In this document: piece after piece, positions 33,499 through 45,114 of the stretch
Position numbering within the stretch: position 1 is the first letter of the stretch
Layout of the letters: the number at the start of each line of letters is the position of its first letter
DNA from: an uncultured Planctomycetota bacterium
GTDB taxonomy: Bacteria; Planctomycetota; Planctomycetia; Isosphaerales; Isosphaeraceae
Length of the DNA: 64,000 bases
Direction of reading: 5' to 3'
NCBI GenBank assembly: GCA_963845755.1
Contig: CAWJTV010000028.1
Span: 64,001 to 128,000 of the forward strand
Program-made: the position numbers and the translations under genes
The notes under the pieces: generated by a model
What the model saw: the letters and a program-made list of their open reading frames with translations, nothing else
Told to the model about the DNA's origin: nothing
The model's database searches: none

Positions 33499-36400
33499 AT
33501 GCACCGCGAGTATAGACCGGACGACACGCACCATGTTCAGGTGGGCGCCTTCGGCGTCCCCCTGGCGGATACCGCACCCGACGAGCGCGCGCTCATCGCG
33601 TTCACGGCGTTGCTGGGCATCCTGATAGGGGTTGACGTGTTGCTGGGCGCGATGGGCTGGGGCGGCCTTCGGCTTCCACTAGGTCTGTCGTTCACGATGA
33701 TCGCGGCGGTACTGGGGGCCGTCTACATCGTCTACGGTACGCTCCGATCGTTGTTGCAACGACGGATCGGGGCCGACCTGGCTCTGGCACAGGCGAGCCT
33801 GGCCGCCCTGGTGATCGGTCAGCCATTCGTCGCGGCCGAGGTCGTCTTCATCGCCCTGCTGGGCGAGGTCCTCGAGGCGTGGACCTTCTCTCGCACCCGG
33901 CGCGCGCCTGGGCCGGCTCGTCGAGCAGACCCCGCGCACCGCACGCGTGCGCCGTGATGGCCAGGAGGTCGAGGTCCCCGCGGATCAGGTCGCGATCGGT
34001 GATCGTGTGCTCGTCGGGCCAGGTGAGCGGATCGCCGTCGACGGTCGGATCCTGTCGGGCCGGTCGACCGTCGACCAGTCCGCGTTGACCGGCGAGTCGC
34101 TGCCGGTCGACAAGGGCCCCGAGGACATGGTCTTCACCGGGACCATCAACCAGTTCGGCGCCATTGAGGTCGTCGCCGAGAAGGTAGGCGGCGAAACGAC
34201 GTTCGGCCAGGTGCTCCGGATGGTCGCCCAGGCGAGACGCCGGAAGGCGCGACTGGAAAAGACGGCCGACCGGTTGGCGCGCTACTTCTTGCCCCTGGTC
34301 GAGCTGATCGCCGGGGCGACCCTCGTCATCGGGTATCTCGCCGGCTGGCCCGACGTCTGGTCGCGCACGGTGGCCGTTCTGGTCGTGGCTTGCCCGTGCG
34401 GCCTGGTCCTGGCGACGCCGGCCGCGATGCTGGCCAGCATGGCCTGGCTGGCACGGCACGGCGTCCTAATCAAGGGGGGCGCCGCACTCGAAAGCCTGGC
34501 TGCGTGCGACACTTTCGCGTTTGACAAGACCGGCACGCTCACCCGCGGCAAGCCCGAGTTCATCAGCTTGGTCGCCGTCGGTGGTTATGAGGATAGGACA
34601 CTGCTGCGTCTGGCCGCGTCGGCCGAGGCTGCCAGTCGTCATCCGTTAGCCGCCGTCGTCGTCGCGGAGGCGCGGCGACGATCGGTCGAGCTCGTCGACC
34701 CGATCGAGGCCATCGTCTTGCCGGGCGCCGGGGTCCGTGCTCGTTGTGCCGCATCGCACGAGGAAGCTCACACGGTGCTCGTGGGGAATCGTCGTCTTCT
34801 AGCAGAGCAGGGGATCGCCATCGAGCATCCCATCGAGGAGATCCTGGGTCAGCTCGATGCCCGCGGTCAGACGGCGCTGATCGTTGCGATCGATGGCGCG
34901 GTCGCTGGCGTCCTCGGTGTCCACGACGCGATTCGCCCCGAGGCGCACGATGTGATCCACGACCTCCGCCACTTGAAGATCAAGGAAATCGCCGTCCTCA
35001 CGGGCGACCGCGAGCCGGCCGCCCGGGCAATCGCAAAGCGGATCCACGCAGACACGATCGCCGCGGAGCTCCTGCCGGCGGACAAGGCCCGCTGGATCGA
35101 AGAGCGACGGGCCGCCGGGCGGCGGGTCGCCATGGTTGGCGACGGGATCAACGACGCACCGGCCCTGGCGCAGGCGGACGCGGGGATTGCGCTGGGCGGC
35201 ATCGGTGCGGATCTTGCGGCGGAAGCCGGCGGGATCATCATCCTGGGCGAGCCGCTCCGCGTCTTGCCGGACTTGCTTAGCTTGGCCCGCGGCACCGTCG
35301 CGATCATTCGGCAAAACATCATCGGCTTCGCCTTTGGCCTGAATGCCGTGGCGATGCTCTCGGCAACACTCGGCATCCTCGGCCCGGTTCCCGCCGCGAT
35401 CCTTCATCAGATTGGCTCGTTGCTCGTCCTGCTCAATTCGATGAGGCTCCTGGTCTTCGGCGACTGGGCCGAGCTGCCGCCGTTCCGGCGCGCCCGACAG
35501 TTCGGGGCCTGGATCGCTCGATTCGATGACCGCATGGATCTGGAACGGGTACCGATGTGGGTTTGGAGTCGCCGTCGAGCCCTCCTGGCGTGTGCCCTCG
35601 TCGCGATCGTGATCGCCTACGCCACGAGCGGGTGGACCTCGATCGGTCCGGACGAGGTCGGGCTACTCCAGCGGTTCGGTCGCTATCAAGGGATGCTCGG
35701 ACCGGGCTTGCACCTGAGGTGGCCATCTCCGATCGAGCGGGTCCGGCCCTTTGCTCCCGACCGGGCGCGCAGCCTGGAAATCGGCTTTCGTGCGGCGCCC
35801 TGGCGCCGCGATGGTGGCGTCGGCTGGGAGGCGACCCACGGTCGTCAGCCCGGCGATCCGATCGAGGACGAGGCGCTGCTCCTGACCGGGGACGGCCGCT
35901 ATGTCGAGGTGGCGGCCACGGTCGAGTACGCGATGGACCGCGCGGATGCCGAATCGGTCCGGCGATTCCTCCTGGAGCTCGCGGATGGGGAAACCGCCGT
36001 GCGATCGCTGGCGGAGTCGGTCGTCCGCGAGGTGGTCAGCCGTCGCGAGCTGCTCAACCTCTTGACGGAAGGAAGGCGGGAGGCCGAAGGCGCAGCCGCC
36101 GAACTCCTTCGCGCGCGCCTCCAGCAGTATCGATTCGGTATCGCGGTCCGTCGCATCGCGTTCCAGGACATCCACCCGCCGCTGGCGGTCCTCGATGCGT
36201 ATCGCGATGTCTCCCGGGCCAGCAGCGATCGCCAGCGGCGCATCAATGAGGGGATCGCCTATCGCGATCGGGTCGTGACGGAAGCGCACGGTCGGTCTCG
36301 GTCGTTGAGGAATCATGCCGAAGCCGGCCGGAGCCGTCGCCTGTCGCTTGCCGCCGGCTCGGCCGACCGATTCGCATCCCTTCGCCAGGCGAGGCAATAC

Positions 36401-36646
36401 GCACCCGCCTTGACCGATTTCCGGCTCTTCTGGAAGTCGATCGCCGATGCCCTGGCCGGCAAGGACAAGTTCATCCTCGATGACAACCCGGCCAGGCGCC
36501 GACAGATGGTGATACCCGGTATCCCCTGGGAACAGATGATACCCGCACTTCATCCGGACCGACAACCTAGCGAAGGAACGACTCCGTCCTCCGGGATGCC
36601 GACCGGAGAAATCCTCATCCCATCGCTCGGGAACCCCGAACCATGA
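33499..36646 (+). CDS. Heavy-metal P1B-type ATPase fused to a C-terminal HflK/SPFH domain (frameshift near ~33905)
   Basis: LTGES, CPC, DKTGTLT, SRHP, GDGINDAP; then in frame TM + IGPDEVGLLQRFG...GPGLHLRWP...LLTGD...FQDIHPP (Band 7). Confidence 0.92.
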
Positions 36647-37623
36647 AGCATCTCCTTCGCTGGATCCTCGCACTCCTGTTTCTGGGCGCCGTGATCGGCG
36701 CGACGATGGCGTCCTTCGTGATCGTCAACGAGACGGAGTACGCCGTGGTGACGAGCTTCGGGCGGATTGGTGCGGTCTATGGCGACCAGCCATCCGAGTC
36801 GGGGCTACATCCGAAGGCGCCATGGCAGCTCGCGATCAAGATCGACCGCCGGATTCGCGTGTTCGATCCGCCGCCCCGTGAAGTCATCACCGGCGACAAG
36901 AAGAACCTCGAAGTTGCCCCCTATGTCGTCTGGCGAGTGGCCGACCCGATCTTGTTCTTGCGTGGGTCGGGGAGTCACGAGCTGGCCGAGGCGCGATTGA
37001 ACGAACGGATCTCGGCCGGTCTAAGCGATGCGATCGGCCGCCGGGAACTGGCCGGGCTCGCCTCGACCGACACCGCCAAGTGGGCCATCGACGCGCTGAA
37101 TGGCGACGTCATGGCCGCCGTCGTCCCCGGGGCCCGCGAGGAGCTGGGCGTCGAGGTCCTCGATGTGCGGCTCCGCCGGTTCAACCACCCGGTCGAGGTT
37201 CGGCCGGCCGTTTTCGAATTGATCCGGAGCGAGCGACGGCAAGTCGCCGCCAAGCTGAGGGCGGAGGGGGAGGCCCAGTACATCACGATCACCAGCCAGG
37301 CGGATCGGGCGCGCGACACGATCCTGGCCGAAGCCGAGGCCGAGGCCCAGCGGATCCGCGGTCAGGGTGAGGCCGAGGCAACTCGGGTCCTCAACGAGGC
37401 ACACGGCCGCGATCCCCGGTTCTTCGAATTCCTTCAGACCCTCGAATCTTATCGTTCGATCCTCGATGAACGCGCAACCGTGGTCCTCTCCGCCTCGAGT
37501 CCTCTGCTCAAGTTGCTGATCAAGGGCCCCGCGATCGATTCGCCCCCCGCGGCGCCCGATCGCCATGCGGCCGAGCCCACCGTCAAACCTCCCGCCCTCG
37601 AGAGCACGGCGCGACAACGATGA
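36643..37623 (+). CDS. hflC: HflC-like SPFH protein
   Basis: VNETEYAVVTSFG, ITGDKKNL, RSERRQVAAKLRAEGE, DPRFFEFLQTLESY; ATGA overlap with the ATPase gene. Confidence 0.88.
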   Translation: MKHLLRWILALLFLGAVIGATMASFVIVNETEYAVVTSFGRIGAVYGDQPSESGLHPKAPWQLAIKIDRRIRVFDPPPREVITGDKKNLEVAPYVVWRVADPILFLRGSGSHELAEARLNERISAGLSDAIGRRELAGLASTDTAKWAIDALNGDVMAAVVPGAREELGVEVLDVRLRRFNHPVEVRPAVFELIRSERRQVAAKLRAEGEAQYITITSQADRARDTILAEAEAEAQRIRGQGEAEATRVLNEAHGRDPRFFEFLQTLESYRSILDERATVVLSASSPLLKLLIKGPAIDSPPAAPDRHAAEPTVKPPALESTARQR

Positions 37624-38598
37624 AGAAACGGCTAGTCATCTTCGGAGTCGGGCTGGGGGTCATCGGCAGCCTCTTCGCCGCGAGTGGCGTGTGCCTGGTC
37701 GCGCCGGGAGAGGTCGTTGTGGTCCGCCGGTTCGGCAGACGCCTCGATCCTTCCTGGGGACCAGGACTGCACTGGCATCTTCCCCTGGGGATCGATCGCC
37801 TGGACCGGGTCCGATCCGATGCGGTGCGTCAATTCACCGTGGGAGAGGCTGGTCCGCCACGGGTTGACCAGGATCCTTCCGAGGGTGAAGCCCTGACCGG
37901 CGACTGGAATCTTGTGCGTATTCAGGCGACGATCCAGTATCGTGTGGCGAGTCCGATCGATTTCGTGGTGAAGGCCGAGCAAGTCGAGGGCCTGCTGATC
38001 AGGACCACCGAGGGGAGTATTTCGCGGGCGCTGGCCAGCCGAAGCATCGATTCCGTGCTCCGCTCGGACCGCAGGCGAATCGCGGATGAGGTTCACGCCG
38101 ACGTCCAGCGGGCAGCCGACCGACTCTCCCTTGGGGTGACGATCCTGGGTGTCAGCCTGACCGACGCGCGGCCGCCTCTTGAGGTCGCCGCCGATTTCGC
38201 GGCGGCCCAGTCCGCCGAGAGCCTGCGCGACCGTCGCGTCAACGAGGCAAAGACCTACGAGGCAGTGCAGCTCCCTGCGGCCACGGCGCACGCCCATGCC
38301 GTCCGAGAAACGGCCCACTCGGTCGCCGAAAGGACCGTGCTTCGCGCAGGCCGACTCTGGACGATTCCTCGCACTACTCGCCGAGGTCGTCCGTTCGCGC
38401 GAATTGACGATCAGACGGCTTTATATCCAATCGCTCCCGTCGCTCCTCGACGGCGTCCGGCGAAAGCTGGTCCTGCCTGCCGGAGATGCGCCGGACTTGA
38501 CCGTGATCGGACTTGGCGGCGAACGCCTTCCCAGGAACACGCCAGTACTGCAATCCGCCGAGCCATCCGGGGACCGACAGAACCGGGACGAGCCCTGA
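37620..38598 (+). CDS. hflK: HflK-like SPFH protein (frameshift near ~38348)
   Basis: VAPGEVVVVRRFG, GPGLHWHLP, LTGDWNLV, RPPLEVAADF; shifted frame gives RELTIRRLYIQSL; ATGA overlap. Confidence 0.82.
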
Positions 38599-38732
38599 TC
38601 GTTGGTCGGCCCTCGAGGATAGGCGCCTCATCCCGGCGCAACCGCCGGCAAGTCTTGTCGTGATCTCAGACCGCCTCCGTTTCCGGGTTGCTCCCCTTCC
38701 CGCAGCCGGGCTCCCTGTCCATAATGGTTTTC

Positions 38733-38978
38733 ATGGAAAGACCTTCCTTTCAAATGACTGTCGGTGCGATGCTGGGCGTCGTGGCGTGTATTGCGCTCAA
38801 CTTCTGGTTATTCCGACTCGGCGTCCTGTGGGGTATCCTGGGCTTGAACGTGACCAAACATGTCGTAATCGCCTATCTTTGCCAGATCCTCGGCGTTGAT
38901 CGGCGTGTCCCTAGCGAGCCTTCGAACATCGCCCCGAACCGTCCCCCACACGTTCCGGCCTCGTCGGGTACCCCATAG
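38733..38978 (+). CDS. Small hypothetical membrane protein
   Basis: MERPSFQMTVGAMLGVVACIALNFWLFRLGVLWGILGLNVTKHVVIAYLCQILGVDR: hydrophobic, protein-like composition. Confidence 0.6.
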   Translation: MERPSFQMTVGAMLGVVACIALNFWLFRLGVLWGILGLNVTKHVVIAYLCQILGVDRRVPSEPSNIAPNRPPHVPASSGTP

Positions 38979-39994
38979 TTGAAGCCGTGGGTTGTTCTTG
39001 CAACGCGTGTCGATTGCTCGATGCCGTGCGTCCGTGCACACGCTTGCGCACCTACTCGGCCGCCAGTCACGGATCCGTCCGTCGGCACGGTCGCGAGCCA
39101 GCCCTGCGAAACCGAGCTTCCTCTCAAGAACGAGTGACTTCGGGCATCTGACTCTGGAACTGGCATGGATTTCCGCCGCGAGGGCTCAGGTCACGCGAGT
39201 CCGCGCAAGTGAGGCGCTTCGGCAACAGAGCCGGTGACTATTCCACAAAAACCGTCAGTAGCTTGTTGTCAAGTAACAGACGGCTTCTTATCATGAGGGG
39301 ACCTACGGGGCGGATTTGCGTACAGTAGAACCTCTCCGTCAGCTCCAGTCAGTCTTCTCAAACGATCTTGATCTCTACGTCGTGGCAAAGGTTCTTTCGG
39401 GTTCAACCCGGAAGTCGAGGGTTCGTGCTGCCCTGCATCCTCGCTGGATGTGTTCGACTGAACGATCTTGGTGTTGTCAACGAGGCCAATAAGCTCATGT
39501 TCGGCTTGCGTGCGCATTCCGAGCCAGCCCGAGCTGGACGGAGCGTACGTGGCCGCTAATTGTCATGATTCTGCGTATGCAGCGTCGATCAGCCTCAACC
39601 GACCCAGGTTCGGGTGAACTGGAAGGCACTAATCCTAATTGATTCGTTATGAGATTCAGCCCTTTATGGCTGCAAAGATCAAGGTGCGCGCGTGGAGTTG
39701 GCAACTGTCCATTCGAATACAACCTGAGACGATGTGTTTTTGAATCGGGGTCTTTCCGCGGAATCGAGCAGAATCTCCGAACCGCAATCCTTCCGTGAGG
39801 TTCCTTATCTAAGTGGGCGTGGGCGATTGATGGGGCGGACCGGCCTGAAGACTCCGCGTGGTTCCACGACAGGACAATCATTCGACCAGAGACTTTTTCT
39901 CGACGCACGCGTTTGCGCGGCACCTGCATTCGCGATTGGCAGGTGCTCTGTCAGGTCCGATTTCCATTTTTTTACCATGCCGAGGGAACGATTG

Positions 39995-40213
39995 ATGAGC
40001 ACACGGCGAATTCCTCGTGGTCAGCGGTTGGTCTTGTGTCTGAGTTTACTCGGGTTCCTGGGCTTGATGAGCGGTTGCTCTGAATCCAATCCGGTGGATG
40101 CGATCGGGCCGGAGGCAGCCAAGGAGAAAGGGCTGGCCCAGCAGAAAGCGCGTGAGAACGCGTTTGGTAAGGGTGGTAACCCGAAGAGCGAGAAAGGCGC
40201 GAAGAAGCAATGA
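39995..40213 (+). CDS. Small lipoprotein (cassette copy 1)
   Basis: MSTRRIPRGQRLVLCLSLLGFLGLMSGC lipobox; tail KARENAFGKGG resembles 51654..51872. Confidence 0.75.
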   Translation: MSTRRIPRGQRLVLCLSLLGFLGLMSGCSESNPVDAIGPEAAKEKGLAQQKARENAFGKGGNPKSEKGAKKQ

Positions 40214-40650
40214 TCCGAGAAGGCTCGACTCAATCCAATCGGTTCCGTGTCGATCGGGCCAGTTGGTTGGGCTGCCTTCATGTCTCCGTATCGGGGTCGG
40301 CATGAGCTCAGTTAGCCCAGTGTTCGATCGATCGTTCGAGTCCGAGAAGATCCGAGATGTCCGTTCCGAGAGCACTGCGCCAATGTCCATCCTTACTCCG
40401 ACAGTCTTGCGTTTTCGGCAACTGGCGAAGGACCTTCCGTTGGACTTCTCGGTGCTTCGGCGTGCGAAGCTTGCCGATAGATCGTCGCTCACATTCCTGC
40501 TCGCACCCGTTCTTCGTGATCGATCCTGAAAGGGGTTTCGGTTCGGTCAACATTCGGGGACGCATTGGGGATCCCAAGACGTCCCATCCCCGTTCGTGAC
40601 ATCTTGAGTCGTTCGTTCTCACTTTCTTATCCCTGATTTGGAGCGCTCTC

Positions 40651-41820
40651 ATGACGGCGAGAATGCGTCGAGGATTCACTCTGATCGAACTCCTGGTCGT
40701 CATCGCGATCATCGCGGTGCTGATCGCGTTGTTGCTACCGGCGGTGCAGGCGGCCCGTGAGGCGGCCCGGCGCGCGCAATGCAGCAACAACCTCAAGCAG
40801 ATTGGTCTGGCGTTGCACAACTACCATCAGACCAACAACAAGTTTCCACAAGGTCATTCGCAGTCATTCGCCTATTTTTCGCATACCGCGTATGCCGGCT
40901 GGACCGAATGGAGTGCGCACTCCCAGATGCTCGGTTACATGGAGGCGACCGCGATCTACAACGCGATTAATTTCAGCTTCTGCGGCGGCTACGGCAACGC
41001 GGGCTACATCAACGTGACGGCGTACACCGCTGTCATCAGCTCGTTCATGTGTCCCTCCGACACGAATGTGGACAAGGGCGGCCCGCCGGCCGGCATCAAT
41101 GGACTCAACAATTGGGGAGGCAACGGCACGTATCCGCCGAACATCTGTGACTACCGCGGCAGCGTGGGCACCACGACCGCTCCCTACAATTGGGGGGCGG
41201 GCTTTGCATGCTGCCAGCCCGACCCGTTCAATCTCTCGGGTGGCACAGGGTCCGTCTCGGCGGCCTCGACCGGGATGTTCGCCTACTGGATCAGTAACGG
41301 CATCCAGGACTGCACCGACGGCACCTCGAATACGATTATCTTCGCCGAATCGCTGGTGGGCGACCCGACGAACATCGGTTCGGCGACGCTCTCGCACAAT
41401 AACAACTCGGTGACGAACGTCACCGCCGCCGCAGTGGCCCAAGCCTATGACGCCAGCACGCTCAATTACCAGCAGGTCGTCCTGCCGGCTCTCAACGCCT
41501 GCACCGCGGCGTACAAGTCGAACAGCAACGTCACCACGGATAACGGCAACCGCTGGGGCTGGGGCGCCGTGGGAATTACCTTATTCAACACGGTCATCCC
41601 TCCGAATTTCGCCCCGTGGAACGCGTGCCGCTCTTCGTGCCCGGGTTGCAGTCCCGATGATTCGATGTTCTCGATGGCCCAGAGCAACCACCCCGGTGGA
41701 GTCAACGTACTGATGACAGACGGCAGCGCCCGCTTCATCAAGAGTACGATCAGTCCGTTGACCTGGATGCAGTTGGGCACGAAGGCCAATGGCGAAACCA
41801 TCAGCTCCGACTCTTACTGA
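40651..41820 (+). CDS. DUF1559 prepilin-type N-terminal cleavage/methylation protein (copy 1)
   Basis: [40 protein letters not shown]-terminal [15 protein letters not shown] (H-X9-DG). Confidence 0.95.
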   Translation: MTARMRRGFTLIELLVVIAIIAVLIALLLPAVQAAREAARRAQCSNNLKQIGLALHNYHQTNNKFPQGHSQSFAYFSHTAYAGWTEWSAHSQMLGYMEATAIYNAINFSFCGGYGNAGYINVTAYTAVISSFMCPSDTNVDKGGPPAGINGLNNWGGNGTYPPNICDYRGSVGTTTAPYNWGAGFACCQPDPFNLSGGTGSVSAASTGMFAYWISNGIQDCTDGTSNTIIFAESLVGDPTNIGSATLSHNNNSVTNVTAAAVAQAYDASTLNYQQVVLPALNACTAAYKSNSNVTTDNGNRWGWGAVGITLFNTVIPPNFAPWNACRSSCPGCSPDDSMFSMAQSNHPGGVNVLMTDGSARFIKSTISPLTWMQLGTKANGETISSDSY

Positions 41821-41870
41821 CCTGACCGGAGTCCATCGGGCACTTCGGGTCCGTTTCTTTCGGAAGAATG

Positions 41871-41910
41871 GCTAAGGTCCGGCCGAGTCCCAGGCTCGGC
41901 CAGCCTTGGC
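41871..41910 (+). terminator. GC-rich stem-loop between DUF1559 and CRTAC1 genes (terminator or mRNA-stabilising hairpin)
   Basis: gctaaggtccggccgag-tcccagg-ctcggccagccttggc; equivalent hairpin at 53235..53273. Confidence 0.45.
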
Positions 41911-41937
41911 CTTCGGATTCGCGTTGTCGAGACATTG

Positions 41938-44853
41938 ATGCGTGGTCGGTTGATGATTGTCTTCCTTGCGCTCGCGGCCATGGTGGCGGCGTGGCTCGGG
42001 GCTCGCGCGCTGGGAGCACGGCAGTTCGGGGGTGAACTGCGCCTCGCTCGAGGTGAATTCGCAGCGCGGCGGTTTGCCAAGGCGCGTGAGCGGTTAGCGC
42101 GGCTCGCCCAGCGCTGGCCGGGTCAGGGTGAAGTCGAGTATCTGCTCGGGAGTTGTGAGAAGGTTCGGGGCCATCTCGACGCCGCGATGGCGGCGTGGGA
42201 TCGGGTACCCGAGAACGCCAACGAAGCACCCCTGGCGGCTCTCTCGCAAGGCCGGCTCGCGCTGGAGCTGGGTCGCTATCGGTTCGCCGAGGACCGTTTG
42301 ACCCGCGCCAGCCGTGCGGAAGCCGAGGTCGCCGACGAGGCGTGGCGGCTTCTCGAATGGCTGTACTGGATGACCGGTCGGCGCGACGAGAATCGCGAAA
42401 TCCTTGATCGGAGGGTCGAGCGGACAGAGGACCCGTCGAAGACGCTCCGCGTCCTGTGGAGCGAGTACCAGGACCCCTATCCGGTCGATGGCATCGCGTA
42501 CGCACTGGCCAAGGCCAACAAGTCCGCTCCGGACGACGATCGCGTCTGGCTGGGACTGGCCGATTTGGCAACTCGCAGCGGGCGGTTCGACGAGGCCGAC
42601 AACTGGCTGACTCAGTGCCAGCGGGCCCATCCCGATGATCCGGTGGTCTGGCATGCTCGGCTCCTGTGGGCCAAGGCCGCTGGCCAGCCCGAGGAACTCG
42701 TCCGAGCGGCGACCCACTTGCCCGCTTCGCGGGTGTCCCAGTCCACGATGCTGGGTCTCCGCGCCTGGCTGGCCGCGCGGAACGGCGACAGCCGGGCGGA
42801 GCGATCGGCCCTCGAGGCACTCATCGGCCTCCAGCCTGGAGATGATGCGGCTCTGGAGCGACTTGCCGACCTCGCCGCACAGACCGGCGAGCTCGATCGG
42901 GTCGCCGAGCTGAGACGCCGCAAGGCGGCGATCGACAGGGCCCGCGATCACTACCGGGCCCTGATCAACCTGCCCGACATGGCGCCCCACGCGGCCGAGT
43001 TCGCCTGCGTCGCGGAGGCGATCGGCTGGTGGTTTGAAGCCAAAGCCTGGTGGGCCCTTGCGGCCCGGCGCGACCGAGCCCTCGCCCGTGAGGCGTCCGC
43101 CTCGATCGCCCGCTTGACCCGGGCCGAGCCGGCCTCCGCGCCCGACGGCCAAACGCTGGCCGACCTCCTCGGTCCGAGCCGTCCGAGGACGTCCGACCTG
43201 GTCCCGGCCCCGCCCGGCCTGAGGATCCCCACGTTCGTGGACGACGCCGAGCACCGGGGTCTGACGTTTACTTTCAACAACGGCCGCTCGGAGCTTTTCC
43301 AGCTCCCCGAGACCATGAGCGGAGGCGTGGCGCTCTTGGATTTCGACGGGGATGGACGACTCGATGTCTATGTTGTCCAAGGAGGACCGTTCCCTCCACC
43401 CACGGATCACCCTCCCTTCGGGGACCGCCTCTTTCGCAACTGCGACGACGGCCGGTTCGTGGACGTGACCGACGCATCGGGACTGGCCGGGCTGCCCGGC
43501 GGCTACGGCCACGGCGTGGCTGTGGGAGACTGCGACAACGATGGCCGCCCGGACCTCTTCGTGACCCGATTTGGCTCCTATGCCCTCTATCACAATCTCG
43601 GCCAGGGTCGGTTCGAGGACGCCACCTCTCGGGCAGGGCTGGGCGGCGACCGCGACTGGCCGACCTCGGCGGCCTGGGCCGACTTCGACAACGATGGCGA
43701 TCTCGACCTCTACGTCTGCCACTACCTGAAATGGCACGCCCAAGAGCCAGCCGTTTGTGACTATGCGGAGCATTCCAAACCGGGGCATATGTATTGCGAC
43801 CCGCGCCAATTCCCTGCGGTGCCAGACCACATCTTCCGCAATGATGGTGGCCGGTTCATCGATGTGACCAAAGAGGCGGGCATCGGCGACCGCCAGGGGC
43901 GCGGCTTGGGGGTCGTCGCGGCCGATCTCGACGGCGACGGCAAGACCGACGTGTTCGTAGCCAACGATACGACGGCCAATTACTTCTTTCGCAACCGCGG
44001 CGGCTTCCGCTTTTCGGAAGAAGGCGTCGAGTCGGGCCTTACTTCCAGCGCGGAGGGGGGCGATCTGGCGGGAATGGGGATCGCCTGCGGTGACTTCGAT
44101 GGCGACAGCCGCCTCGACCTGGCCGTCACCAATTTCTTCAACCAATCGACCACCCTCTATCACAATCACGGGGGTGGGATCTTCAGCGACCGGTCCACCG
44201 TCACAAGACTCGCCGCGTTGACTCGGCAAGTCCTCGGCTTTGGGCTCGCCGCGCTGGACGCCAACAATGACGGCTGGCTCGACCTGGTCCAGGCCAACGG
44301 CCATGTCACCGATTACCGTCCCACGATCCCGCGCGAGATGAAAGCCCAGCTCCTCCTCGCCGACGGCGCGGGGCGGTTCGTCGATGTCTCCGACCGCGCC
44401 GGACCGCCCTGGCAGGTCCTCCGGATCGGGCGCGGACTGGCCGTTGGCGATCTGGACAACGACGGTCTCACCGACGTATTGCTCGTCAGTCAGAACGGTC
44501 CGCTGGCAGTACTCCATAATCGATCCCAAGTTCGAGGCCATTTTCTGACCCTGACGCTGGAGGGAACCGCCTCGAATCGAGACGCCGTCGCCGCGCGGGT
44601 GGCCGTCACCGCCTCGGGTCGGACTCAGGTTGCGGCCCGCTTCGGCGGCGGCAGCTATCTGTCGGCCTCGGATCCCCGTCTCCACTTCGGGCTCGGCCCT
44701 GCGGAAGTCGTCGATCGCGTCGAAGTCACCTGGCCGTCGGGACGGCGGGACTGCTATCAGAGCCTAGCAGCCGATACGGGCTACCGGTTCCGCGAAGGAG
44801 AGGCGGCCCCGACTCGCCTCCGTGGTTTCGGGGCCAGCGCGACCGATCAGTGA
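41938..44853 (+). CDS. TPR + FG-GAP/CRTAC1 + ASPIC/UnbV protein (copy 1)
   Basis: N-terminal TM and TPRs; PETMSGGVALLDFDGDG, repeated DxDxDG motifs; GGGSYLSASDPRLHFGLG...VTWPSG. Confidence 0.93.
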   Translation: MRGRLMIVFLALAAMVAAWLGARALGARQFGGELRLARGEFAARRFAKARERLARLAQRWPGQGEVEYLLGSCEKVRGHLDAAMAAWDRVPENANEAPLAALSQGRLALELGRYRFAEDRLTRASRAEAEVADEAWRLLEWLYWMTGRRDENREILDRRVERTEDPSKTLRVLWSEYQDPYPVDGIAYALAKANKSAPDDDRVWLGLADLATRSGRFDEADNWLTQCQRAHPDDPVVWHARLLWAKAAGQPEELVRAATHLPASRVSQSTMLGLRAWLAARNGDSRAERSALEALIGLQPGDDAALERLADLAAQTGELDRVAELRRRKAAIDRARDHYRALINLPDMAPHAAEFACVAEAIGWWFEAKAWWALAARRDRALAREASASIARLTRAEPASAPDGQTLADLLGPSRPRTSDLVPAPPGLRIPTFVDDAEHRGLTFTFNNGRSELFQLPETMSGGVALLDFDGDGRLDVYVVQGGPFPPPTDHPPFGDRLFRNCDDGRFVDVTDASGLAGLPGGYGHGVAVGDCDNDGRPDLFVTRFGSYALYHNLGQGRFEDATSRAGLGGDRDWPTSAAWADFDNDGDLDLYVCHYLKWHAQEPAVCDYAEHSKPGHMYCDPRQFPAVPDHIFRNDGGRFIDVTKEAGIGDRQGRGLGVVAADLDGDGKTDVFVANDTTANYFFRNRGGFRFSEEGVESGLTSSAEGGDLAGMGIACGDFDGDSRLDLAVTNFFNQSTTLYHNHGGGIFSDRSTVTRLAALTRQVLGFGLAALDANNDGWLDLVQANGHVTDYRPTIPREMKAQLLLADGAGRFVDVSDRAGPPWQVLRIGRGLAVGDLDNDGLTDVLLVSQNGPLAVLHNRSQVRGHFLTLTLEGTASNRDAVAARVAVTASGRTQVAARFGGGSYLSASDPRLHFGLGPAEVVDRVEVTWPSGRRDCYQSLAADTGYRFREGEAAPTRLRGFGASATDQ

Positions 44854-45114
44854 CGAGTGACTTCATTACGATCACTCGTTGATTCGAAGCGATGCGTGCC
44901 GGCACGGCCCTTGTGCCCGAAGGAGGTGGAGATCCGGGCCGGCAGATCAAATCATGGAGGTCCCCGTAGACGGGGCTGATTCCTTTTTGTACAGTAGAGG
45001 GATGTGACTCACCCTGGTTTGATCCTCTTCGCTGAGGAGCCGTACGTGGCCAGGATCGGATCGGCCCCTTTCCACCACCCCTTGTTGGTTTTAGTCGCAC
45101 CCGTTTGAACGCCG

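Noticed and set aside
40220..40640. Possible structured ncRNA between lipoprotein and DUF1559 genes
   Set aside because: No recognisable family motif and not preserved in the second cassette copy, whose spacer is much shorter.
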